Shown here piece by piece: positions 17,715-25,337 of a stretch of 27,962 bases of DNA. The DNA is from Candidatus Nanohaloarchaea archaeon (GTDB lineage: Archaea; Nanohalarchaeota; Nanosalinia; Nanosalinales; Nanosalinaceae), in NCBI GenBank assembly GCA_042217585.1, contig JBDGSJ010000001.1, positions 22,777 through 50,738 on the forward strand, in the 5' to 3' direction. The notes under the pieces were generated by a model, which worked only from the letters and a program-made list of their open reading frames with translations, was not told where the DNA came from and did not search any database. The position numbers were made by a program, and so were the translations under genes. The first letter of the stretch is position 1, and each line of letters opens with the position of its first letter.

Positions 17715-19094
17715 CTAACCACCGTAACGGTAAATCGTGGCTCCGTCAAACCTTTTCACAACACTGAAATCGCCGGTTGAATTTATGTATTCCCCGACTT
17801 CTCCGGCGTGATATGCCGAGTAGGAGTGGTACATGTACCCCGAACGGTCAAAGACGTCTTCAGGCTCTCTCGGACCTCCGTAAGGTATCACGACTATCTC
17901 CCTGTCCGAGTAGTAGCCAAGTATCGGCCAGCTGTTGTCCGAGTAAACAACCGCATCCCTCTGCGTGTTCTCCTTCAGCCATATGCTGGCCCTGTAAGCC
18001 GTGGAGTACGCCCTCTCCTCGATGAAAGGGTCCCCGCGGTAATCATCGACGATATCTGAGGCGAACGGGGCCAGTGAGACCGCGGTGAACAGTATGACGG
18101 CGGGCCAGAAGAGTCTGCCGGCTTTCTCTCTGAAGCTGTATATGCCCGCGGAGCCTAGGACCGCGATGAACGGGACCACAGGGGTGAGGAACCTGAGCTC
18201 CCTGTTACCTATAAGGAACTGGAGAGCCCCGAGCAGGGAAAAACCGTAGACCGCAGGTATCTTGTACTTTTCAACGGACCTTGAGTCCTGATACAGGCCC
18301 ACCACTCCCAGGAGGAACAGGGGGGCTATGATCTCGGGGAAGCCGCGGAGATAGGTCAGGAAAGGGTCCGTGAAACCGGAAAGCCTGAGAGCTTCGGAGA
18401 ACGTGTGGAAGAACCCTCCGTACCTGAGCCGGCTCCAGACAAGGTACGGCGTCATACCGGCCGCGAAACCTGTCAGGTAGAGATGTATCCTCCTCTCCTG
18501 AAGCACTTCCTCCGCGGCGGACAGCAGATCTGTTTCCAGATGCCTCATTCCCATCACCAGCAGCGACGCGGGGACCAGTACCAGCGAGGTGAACTTCGTG
18601 AGGACCGCCGCCGCCGTCGCTACTCCGGCGACGGATGCGAACCGCCATTTCTCACTGCTCCGGGCGACGAGGTAAGCCGTGGCCACCCAGAACAGCGGAA
18701 GGACAGGGTCCACCATCACGTCGCGGGACCATTCGATCAGCAGAGGTGATGAAGCGACGCCGAGTGCCGAGAGAACCCCTTCCTCCCTGCCCAGCAGGGT
18801 CCTCCCGAGGAAGTATGTAGCAGGTATGATCAGGGCCGACAGAAGTGCAACAGTGAAGTGGGCTCCTGCCACACCGAAAACAGCGTAGAGCGGGGCGATA
18901 AGTATCGAAATAAGGGGCGGCCTGAAGTCAAGCTCGGTGTAGTTCGCCGGCCCCCCCAGGATTATCTCGGCGTGCTGGAGATAGACCGCCTGGTCCCAGT
19001 AGTGGTAGCCCAGGTTCAGCGGGAAGAACCTCACCATGAATCCTGCCGCGAAAAGGATGCCCAGCGCAGCCAGTAACTTCTCTCGCCTCTCCAC
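17715..19094 (-). CDS. GT-C fold membrane glycosyltransferase (ArnT/PMT family)
   Basis: Multi-TM; 'YWDQAVY', 'RPPL', 'LTKF', 'ELRFLTP'; C-terminal soluble domain. Confidence 0.88.
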   Translation of the reverse strand: MERREKLLAALGILFAAGFMVRFFPLNLGYHYWDQAVYLQHAEIILGGPANYTELDFRPPLISILIAPLYAVFGVAGAHFTVALLSALIIPATYFLGRTLLGREEGVLSALGVASSPLLIEWSRDVMVDPVLPLFWVATAYLVARSSEKWRFASVAGVATAAAVLTKFTSLVLVPASLLVMGMRHLETDLLSAAEEVLQERRIHLYLTGFAAGMTPYLVWSRLRYGGFFHTFSEALRLSGFTDPFLTYLRGFPEIIAPLFLLGVVGLYQDSRSVEKYKIPAVYGFSLLGALQFLIGNRELRFLTPVVPFIAVLGSAGIYSFREKAGRLFWPAVILFTAVSLAPFASDIVDDYRGDPFIEERAYSTAYRASIWLKENTQRDAVVYSDNSWPILGYYSDREIVVIPYGGPREPEDVFDRSGYMYHSYSAYHAGEVGEYINSTGDFSVVKRFDGATIYRYGG

Positions 19095-19111
19095 AGAAAT
19101 CCTTTGACACC

Positions 19112-20218
19112 CTAGAACTTTACAATTTCCCTCAGGAACGAGGTCGCGTAGACCCCCTTCGACAGGGTGAATGAGATTCCAAGTTCAGATCCCTCCGGCT
19201 CGTACCCAAGGTCCCTGTACTCCGCGAAGCCCTCTCTGTGGTCTCCCTCCTCCCTCAGATCCTCGATCTCGAGAGTACGGAAGTCATCCAGGTCTATCCC
19301 CTCATTATCCATGATATCCTCTACCCGGCGGTCCTGCTCTCTGTCCCTGAAACTGGTCCTGTAACCTGGGAGCGGGATAGTTCCCCCGGACCAGCCCTCC
19401 GACAGCAGCCCGGATAGAGCACGGTTGAACACCCATGACTGGTAGGCGTGTATGAAGAGCCTCTGGAGCGAAGAGGGCAACCTGCGGACCGCGCCAGTGT
19501 AGTCGCCCGGTCTGTCCCTCAGGTGCTCCGCCATCATCCTCTCGTACTTCATACTGTCCTCCAGCTTCCTCACGGCTTCCCCCGGATCTCTCGAGCTCCA
19601 TAGGCCGGTCCTGATATCCTTCCTCTCCCCGGATTCCCCCTCCGGGAAGGCGATGTAGGTCCAGACCGCCTCCTCCCAGTCACCTCTCAGCATCTCCCTT
19701 CCGACGCGGTGGGTGACCGGTCGCGGAGACCCGAAACGCTGCGGTCCGAAGTAGTTCGGAAAAACGCCATCCAGCTCATCGAAGGTCCTCTCCAGGTATC
19801 CCTCCAAGTCACTGTCAAGGTCCCTCAGCCTTATCTCGAACCGGTTGCCGCGGAGCTGGCCGGGCGATATGTATCCGTTCCTCCCGACCGACTCAACGGA
19901 GATACCATCGAGTTCCAGGCCCTCAAGTTGCTCGGCTTCAAGACCCCTCACCGAGACGTACTGGACTGTGACCGCTCTGCGGTCCTTCCGGCCCGCGAAA
20001 CCTATCCTCTTCCGGGATATGCCGAGAGCAGTGGAAAGCCTGCGGACGGCCTCGACAGTGGTCAAACCACGTTTCCGAAGCTTCAGGATAAGATGTTCCC
20101 CTCCGGAGAAGTCGTGGTCCGCGATCTCCTCAACCCTGAAATCTTCTGGCCTCCGCTTCAGTTCAGCTCCGGGCCGGGGTCCGCTGGAAAAAGTGTTCCA
20201 GTCCGGAAGCTCAGTCAT
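19112..20218 (-). CDS. truD: tRNA pseudouridine(13) synthase TruD, catalytic motif intact
   Basis: 'PEDFRVEE', 'FAGRKDRRAVTVQ', 'GNRFEI', 'PNYFGPQRFG', 'HAYQS', 'FTLSKGVYAT'. Confidence 0.93.
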   Translation of the reverse strand: MTELPDWNTFSSGPRPGAELKRRPEDFRVEEIADHDFSGGEHLILKLRKRGLTTVEAVRRLSTALGISRKRIGFAGRKDRRAVTVQYVSVRGLEAEQLEGLELDGISVESVGRNGYISPGQLRGNRFEIRLRDLDSDLEGYLERTFDELDGVFPNYFGPQRFGSPRPVTHRVGREMLRGDWEEAVWTYIAFPEGESGERKDIRTGLWSSRDPGEAVRKLEDSMKYERMMAEHLRDRPGDYTGAVRRLPSSLQRLFIHAYQSWVFNRALSGLLSEGWSGGTIPLPGYRTSFRDREQDRRVEDIMDNEGIDLDDFRTLEIEDLREEGDHREGFAEYRDLGYEPEGSELGISFTLSKGVYATSFLREIVKF

Positions 20219-21404
20219 TCTTCATCAGTTCCCTGAGAAACACTGTGGAGTATGCGCCCTTGGGAAGGTCGAAACGGACCGTCATCTTGTTCTTCGCCAT
20301 GTTAAGCTCGTCCTCCTCGACCTCCGATATCTCGAAGTTCCTGAAGTCCGCGAAAGCCCGTCTGTGGCTTCCCTCTGCGTCGACGCCCGGAACGCTCTTC
20401 AGCCGGAAGTCTTCCTGCTCGACCATCTCCTCGTCCATGACCTCCCTTATCAGCTCAGAGGGCCTGCCATCCCCCAGATCGGATCCGTAGCCGACCAGCG
20501 GTATCTCGTAATCCTCGTCGAACCATTCCTCCTCGACGAGCTGGGACAGGACCCGGTTAAATATCCAGGACTGGTAGGCGTGGACGAAAAGGTTCTGGAG
20601 GCCTTCAGGAAGTCTCTTTATGGCGCCTTCGTAGTCGCCCGGGTTCTTGGTAAGGTGGTAGAGAAGGGTCTTCTCGTAGGTGAAGTTCTCGGGGAACCTC
20701 TCCGCGGCTCCCTCGACCTCCCTGGTCTCCCACAGCTCCTTCCGGACCTTCCTGATCGACTTGTACTCCTGCTCGTACGGTTTCGCGATGTAGGTCCAGA
20801 CCGCCTCCTCCCACTCTCCAAGGAGGATCAGTCTTCCAACCTGGTGGACCACCGGCCGGGATTCGCCGAACCTCTGCTCGCCGAAGTAGTTCGGGAACTT
20901 CCCGTCCAGTTCGTCTATTATCGTTTCGATCCTGTTCTCAAGCTCAGACTCGGGAAGCTCAAGGTCCCTGACAGTCACGTCGAACCTGTTCGCATCCAGT
21001 TTCCCCAGCGTCACAGGCCCGTTCTTCCCCACTACCTCAAGTTCGAACTCGTCAGTGAATATCTGGTTTATGTCCTCCTTGGAGACCCCCTCCACGGAGA
21101 TGTACTGTTCCGTTATCGCTCTCTTCTCCCTGTTCGCGGCGTAACCGATCCGGTCCTTGGAGATGTGAAGCATGCTGGAGAGCTTGTCGATAGCCTCCAT
21201 AGTGGTCATGTTCTGCTTCCTCAGCTTCACGACCAGGTGGTCCCCCTCTCCGGTGTCATGGGTTGCCAGTTCACGCACGACCAGGTCGCTCACCTGTTCC
21301 TTTATAGCGCCTCCCACGCCGAGCATGTCGGACTGGTAGCTCCAGTCCATCCTTCCGAAGTCCGGTAGCTGCATCTCGATTTCTTCTTGTTGTTCTTCAG
21401 TCAT
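20211..21404 (-). CDS. truD: TruD paralog with altered catalytic motif
   Basis: 'PNYFGEQRFG', 'HAYQSWIFN' and 'FDLPKGAYST' are present, but 'YAANREKRAIT' replaces the consensus YAGxKDxxAxT. Confidence 0.9.
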   Translation of the reverse strand: MTEEQQEEIEMQLPDFGRMDWSYQSDMLGVGGAIKEQVSDLVVRELATHDTGEGDHLVVKLRKQNMTTMEAIDKLSSMLHISKDRIGYAANREKRAITEQYISVEGVSKEDINQIFTDEFELEVVGKNGPVTLGKLDANRFDVTVRDLELPESELENRIETIIDELDGKFPNYFGEQRFGESRPVVHQVGRLILLGEWEEAVWTYIAKPYEQEYKSIRKVRKELWETREVEGAAERFPENFTYEKTLLYHLTKNPGDYEGAIKRLPEGLQNLFVHAYQSWIFNRVLSQLVEEEWFDEDYEIPLVGYGSDLGDGRPSELIREVMDEEMVEQEDFRLKSVPGVDAEGSHRRAFADFRNFEISEVEEDELNMAKNKMTVRFDLPKGAYSTVFLRELMKND

Positions 21405-21748
21405 TCTACCAGTCCCAGGTCTCCTGTTATACCATCGATTTTGTTCTCCGAGTCGGGTCCTACACCCAGAGCCGTCACCGTTCCGGGATCGAGTTCCGTC
21501 CTCCCGGCGTCCTTGACCAGAGCAGCCGTTATATCCTTCCTGTCGGCTCTCCTCTTCCTCTCCATTATCTGCTCTTCGTTAGCGGCCAGCACCACTTTCT
21601 TCTCCCCTCCGGAGGTCCACCCGGACATCTCCTCTTCACTCGAGTTCCTGTAGGCCTTCAGGGATGCATGACAGGCCTGTGCCACCATCTTGCCGGTCGA
21701 CATATCCAGATCCTGCCTGAGCACTATGGCCTGTTTGTAGCCGCTCAT
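21401..21748 (-). CDS. pth2: Peptidyl-tRNA hydrolase Pth2
   Basis: 'KQAIVLRQDLDMSTGKMVAQACHAS', 'KKVVL', 'DAGRTELDPGTVTALGVGP'. Confidence 0.96.
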   Translation of the reverse strand: MSGYKQAIVLRQDLDMSTGKMVAQACHASLKAYRNSSEEEMSGWTSGGEKKVVLAANEEQIMERKRRADRKDITAALVKDAGRTELDPGTVTALGVGPDSENKIDGITGDLGLVE

Positions 21749-21778
21749 AAACTGTTATTCCTCTTTCCCGTTTAATAG

Positions 21779-21835
21779 TTTCATTACATAGATCGAGTTT
21801 CCACCGGAACAGGTCCGGAAACCTATGTATTGAAA
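21779..21835. repeat. Imperfect inverted repeat abutting the tRNA 3' end
   Basis: TTTCATTACATAG (21779-21791) versus CTATGTATTGAAA (21823-21835), 12/13 complementary, with inner GTTTCC/GGAAAC. Confidence 0.7.
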
Positions 21836-21949
21836 TGGGTCCACCCAGATTCGAACTGGGGATCTTCGCCTGTCGGACCGCATCCCGACCAGCCTGATCA
21901 GGAAATGCAGTTGTAAGGGCGACGTCATAACCAACTAGACCATGGACCC
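21836..21949 (-). tRNA. tRNA-Val(TAC) with a 40-nt intron at position 37/38 (intron 21872-21911)
   Basis: Acceptor stem GGGTCCA/TGGACCC plus A; D-arm GTCTAGTTGGTTATGAC; anticodon stem TCGCC/GGCGA with loop CTTACA^A; T-arm CCCAG-TTCGAAT-CTGGG; 74 nt when spliced; no CCA encoded. Confidence 0.95.
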
Positions 21950-21997
21950 GCGAAATACAGTAAGAAGGTGGTAAGTAATTCTTAAAATAGAACGGGT

Positions 21998-23866
21998 TCA
22001 GATCTCCTTCTGAAGTATCGGGTCGTAGACCGTCTCTCCCTCCGAAAAGTAGGGATACCTGACCCGTGAGACCTCCGCATCCCGGAGTTCAGAGGCAGCC
22101 TCCTCCTCGCTGATCTCGTACTCTATCAGGTCCTTCTCCGGGACCTCTTCGTCCTCTATATCCACGCTGAAAACGGTCTCAACGGGACTCATACCGTCCT
22201 CCTCCAGCAGGCCGCGGGACCTGAGCGCGCTCACGATGGAGGCGGACTTGGACATCTGTATATCAAGCTCCTCGACTATCTCCTCCCGGGAAAGCCCCTG
22301 CCTGAGAAGTTCCAGGAACTCCCCGTGAGTCCCCGTCGCCCTCTCCTCCTCCGCCTTTATCTCGCCGTTCTTCCCGTCGACAAGCAGTTTCTTCTCATCG
22401 TTCTGGACCAGGTAGAGAGGGTAATACGAGGCGGTGTAATCCTCGCCGGTCCTCTGGGACACCTCCTCGAGGGATTCCGAAGGGGTGAAGCACCGGACCT
22501 CCTCCTTCTCGACGTAGGTATCATTGGTCTGGGTCTCCCCGCCGTGCCTTGATTTCCTGGTCCTCACGTCCGTCATGACAGGGTACTCGTTGCCGAGGAC
22601 GAAACACACGCCCGGTGGAAGCGATTTTATCATGGACTCCACCTCGGAGGTTATGCCCTCGAAGGACTTCGATATCGCTTTCAGGTCGTTCGGGTTGGTG
22701 ACCCTCAGGATGAACTGGGTGTTCGCCTGGCTGAGCACGTTCTTGTCGATCCTCGCCGGCCTCTGGGAGATGAAACCCATCCCGAGCCCGAACTTCCTGC
22801 CCTCCGAAGCTATCTTCCTGAGTATCGAGTTCGATATCGCCTGTCCGAACCCTTTCTCCGGCATGAAGTTGTGCGCCTCCTCCACCACCATGATGAACGG
22901 CGGTATCCTGTTCTTCTTCCTCAGTTCGAAGAGGTTCTTCGCCAGCAGGTACATCGCCATCTCCGCGGTATCAGGCTCCACCGCCCTCATGTTCACGACG
23001 GTCGCTCTCCCGGGCTCAAGGAACTCCTCCTCGAGGTCCACAGCGTCCTCGCCGAACAGACCGGTGTTCTCCAGCTGTTCAAGGTAGTTCAGCAGGTTCC
23101 ACTTCGCGCTGGAGTCCTCCTGCGAGACCGCGTCCTGGAGGTCCACGAGGTTGTACTCCTCGTCCTTGTCCTCCAGCCGCTTGGTCGCGTTGTAAAGGAC
23201 CCCCATCTGGGAGTTCGTCAGGCTGTCAGGTATCAGGGTCTGGATCTGTCTCTTGTCCATGTTGACCGAGTCAAAACGTAACTGGCGGGCCTCCTGGTTC
23301 ACATCAGTGTTAGGAGAGAACTCCGCGACATCGTAGGTCCTCGGCTCTCCCGACTCAGGGTTTTCAGACCTGAAAGAAGAGTACTCGCCGTGAGGATCTA
23401 TAACAAGGACCGGAAAGTCTTCCTCAAGCATTTCCTCGATTAAGACTCCTGCGAGATAGGATTTACCGGCGCCAGTCTGTGCAAGGACCGCGAAATGCTT
23501 GTAGAAGTCTTCAGGGTCGACATGGATGTCGATCTCCGGGTTGGTCTCCAGAGTACCGATCCTGAGTCCTTCCTGTTCGTCGAGGCCGAGGGTGTCGGAT
23601 ATGAGCTCCTGGTCCGCCTTGTAGACTATTGAATCCGGTTCTATTACTCTTCTCGGTGCCTTGGTGAGTCCTTTATCCCTGTATCCTATTATGTTGGCGT
23701 GAGCCGTTGTCTCTCCGTCGGGCTTCTTCTTTACCTCGTCAACCTGGGCAAGTATCCATTTTCCGTTGCTCTTTACTGAAACGAAGTCGAACTTTCTTAC
23801 CTCTTCTACAGCCCTGAAACGGAAAGAAGAGGTATCGACCTTTCCCTCTATCGTGCCTAGTTGCAT
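21998..23866 (-). CDS. HerA/FtsK-family ATPase (HAS barrel, DUF87 and C-terminal wHTH-like extension)
   Basis: Start reassigned to ATG 23866 (MQLGTIEG...). Walker A 'AQTGAGKS', Walker B 'MVVEEAH', 'EGRKFG', 'SQRP', 'NPND'; C-terminal 'EIVEELDIQMSKSASIVSALRSRGLL'. Confidence 0.92.
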   Translation of the reverse strand: MQLGTIEGKVDTSSFRFRAVEEVRKFDFVSVKSNGKWILAQVDEVKKKPDGETTAHANIIGYRDKGLTKAPRRVIEPDSIVYKADQELISDTLGLDEQEGLRIGTLETNPEIDIHVDPEDFYKHFAVLAQTGAGKSYLAGVLIEEMLEEDFPVLVIDPHGEYSSFRSENPESGEPRTYDVAEFSPNTDVNQEARQLRFDSVNMDKRQIQTLIPDSLTNSQMGVLYNATKRLEDKDEEYNLVDLQDAVSQEDSSAKWNLLNYLEQLENTGLFGEDAVDLEEEFLEPGRATVVNMRAVEPDTAEMAMYLLAKNLFELRKKNRIPPFIMVVEEAHNFMPEKGFGQAISNSILRKIASEGRKFGLGMGFISQRPARIDKNVLSQANTQFILRVTNPNDLKAISKSFEGITSEVESMIKSLPPGVCFVLGNEYPVMTDVRTRKSRHGGETQTNDTYVEKEEVRCFTPSESLEEVSQRTGEDYTASYYPLYLVQNDEKKLLVDGKNGEIKAEEERATGTHGEFLELLRQGLSREEIVEELDIQMSKSASIVSALRSRGLLEEDGMSPVETVFSVDIEDEEVPEKDLIEYEISEEEAASELRDAEVSRVRYPYFSEGETVYDPILQKEI

Positions 23867-23950
23867 CCTGTAGAAGGAGGGTCTCTGAATATTGATAAAT
23901 CGTCCCCCGAGGCAGATGGTTTTAAGAAGATGATCTCCTCTTTCAGCCAC

Positions 23951-24391
23951 ATGGACATCATCCCGGAGAGACTGCGAGAGGGACCGGAGAGACATCTTTT
24001 CTTCCTGGCGGTCTCCGTCGTGATAATCGCGGGTTTCGCGGCTCTCCACAACGTCCGCACGCCGGACAGCAGCGTCGAGGTCGGCTACACGGAGATCACG
24101 ACCGAGTGCGCCGGCATCGATGTGGGGATCTGCCTGGGTATCGAGCGCAGGGACCACACCACCTACAACTACGATTTCTACGAGGAACCAGAGAACGGGA
24201 CCGAGAACTACTACAGAAGGATTGAATCGGAGCTGATGGTCCGTGCGTACAACACGTGCGGAGGAAACATCACCGGGATGGAGTGGACCTCCGAGGTCTC
24301 CTACATGAACAGGACCGGGGAGGAATGGAACAGCCTGGAGGAAGTCGAACTTCTTCCCTGCAGCAAGACCTTCTTCCGCGAGATGAAGTGA
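23951..24391 (+). CDS. Membrane-anchored exported protein with four Cys
   Basis: TTTTAAG at 23920-23926 supports ATG 23951; one TM; 'CAGIDVGIC'; sequons. Confidence 0.75.
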   Translation: MDIIPERLREGPERHLFFLAVSVVIIAGFAALHNVRTPDSSVEVGYTEITTECAGIDVGICLGIERRDHTTYNYDFYEEPENGTENYYRRIESELMVRAYNTCGGNITGMEWTSEVSYMNRTGEEWNSLEEVELLPCSKTFFREMK

Positions 24392-24446
24392 GAGGGAACC
24401 GGTTTAAGATTTTCCCCATTAAAGGTTCTCAAGAGGTGCTGAAACG

Positions 24447-24938
24447 ATGACAGAGGAAGAGCATGTCGAAAGGACGTTTATCGCTCTAAAACCCGATACC
24501 GTGAAGAGAGGGCTCGTCGGAAACATCGTGTCCCGGTTCGAGGACGCCGGCTTCAAGATAGCCGGGATGAAGATGGTCTGGGCCACCGATCAGCTCCTTG
24601 AACAGCACTACGAGGAACACGTCGACAAGGACTTCTACGAAGGTCTCGCCGAATACATGAAGGAGGGACCGATCGTGGCGATGGTCCTTGAAGGAGTCCA
24701 CGCCGCGAAGAACGCCCGGAAGATCGTAGGCGACACAGACGCCTCAGAGGCGGCACCTTCAACCATCAGGGGTCAGTACGGCCACATGTCGATGGAGCAC
24801 GCCGACACCGCAGGAAAGAACTACAAGAACATCATCCACGCCGCCGAGCCTGGCGAGGCCGAGAAGGAGATCGGCATCTGGTTCTCCGAGGACGAGCTCC
24901 ACGAGTACGAGACCGCACAGGAACAGGAAGTGATGTGA
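24447..24938 (+). CDS. ndk: Nucleoside diphosphate kinase
   Basis: 'ERTFIALKPD', 'HYEEHVDKDFY', 'GPIVAMV', 'PSTIRG', catalytic His in 'NIIH'; GAGGTG SD. Confidence 0.96.
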   Translation: MTEEEHVERTFIALKPDTVKRGLVGNIVSRFEDAGFKIAGMKMVWATDQLLEQHYEEHVDKDFYEGLAEYMKEGPIVAMVLEGVHAAKNARKIVGDTDASEAAPSTIRGQYGHMSMEHADTAGKNYKNIIHAAEPGEAEKEIGIWFSEDELHEYETAQEQEVM

Positions 24939-25142
24939 GTGGGCGGAAGGCTCTACAGGTCCGAGGACGACTACATGCTGTGCGGGGTCTGCGGAGGGAT
25001 CGCAGAGGTCTACGACCTCGACCCCTCGCTGGTCCGGCTCGTCACCCTGCTGCTCGTTTTCTCAGGTGTCTCGCCTCTCCTGTACCTCGTCGCCTGCCTG
25101 ATCATTCCGAAGGAGAGCGAGATTGAAGCCGAGGAATCTTGA
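24939..25142 (+). CDS. pspC: PspC domain membrane protein
   Basis: 'LYRSEDDYMLCGVCGGIAEVYDLDPSLVRL...LYLVACLIIP'. Confidence 0.9.
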   Translation: MGGRLYRSEDDYMLCGVCGGIAEVYDLDPSLVRLVTLLLVFSGVSPLLYLVACLIIPKESEIEAEES

Positions 25143-25151
25143 GACATCACC

Positions 25152-25159
25152 TTTATATC
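25152..25159 (+). promoter_or_regulatory. TATA box of the peptide/cyclase cassette
   Basis: TTTATATC 22-29 nt before ATG 25181, the same spacing as other genes in the window. Confidence 0.6.
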
Positions 25160-25180
25160 AAGAGACGAGAAAGGGGATTT

Positions 25181-25327
25181 ATGGGAGGACATGATGGATC
25201 CGGAGACGGTCGAGGAGGTCGGAACTATGGAAGCCCTGAAGCTTCTGCCAGGGATTTCCTCCAGAAAACTTCTCTGACCTCAAACGGACTTATCACCAGA
25301 GTCAGGGAGAAGTTGGCAAGAGAGTAA
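25181..25327 (+). CDS. 48-aa peptide, candidate RiPP (lasso-like) precursor
   Basis: MGGHDGSGDGRGGRNYGSPEASARDFLQKTSLTSNGLITRVREKLARE. Has its own TATA box, and its stop is directly followed by the GGTGA SD of the next gene. Confidence 0.6.
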   Translation: MGGHDGSGDGRGGRNYGSPEASARDFLQKTSLTSNGLITRVREKLARE

Positions 25328-25337
25328 GGGTGAAATA

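Noticed and set aside
19845..21368. 507-aa plus-strand ORF
   Set aside because: Antisense shadow of the truD genes.
23867..24157. 97-aa N-terminal extension of the HerA ORF in the track
   Set aside because: It overlaps the divergent gene and both promoters; the HAS barrel starts at ATG 23866.
25139..25180. TTG-initiated extension of the peptide as a leader
   Set aside because: It runs through the TATA box and lacks lasso leader motifs.
25191..25277. Alternative peptide MMDPETVEEVGTMEALKLLPGISSRKLL, in frame with the cyclase-like gene, with a faint lasso-leader-like 'P..VEEVG'
   Set aside because: No Thr(-2) followed by a core with an Asp/Glu acceptor. ATG 25181 fits the TATA spacing better, and there is no support for TGA readthrough. 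Not fully excluded.
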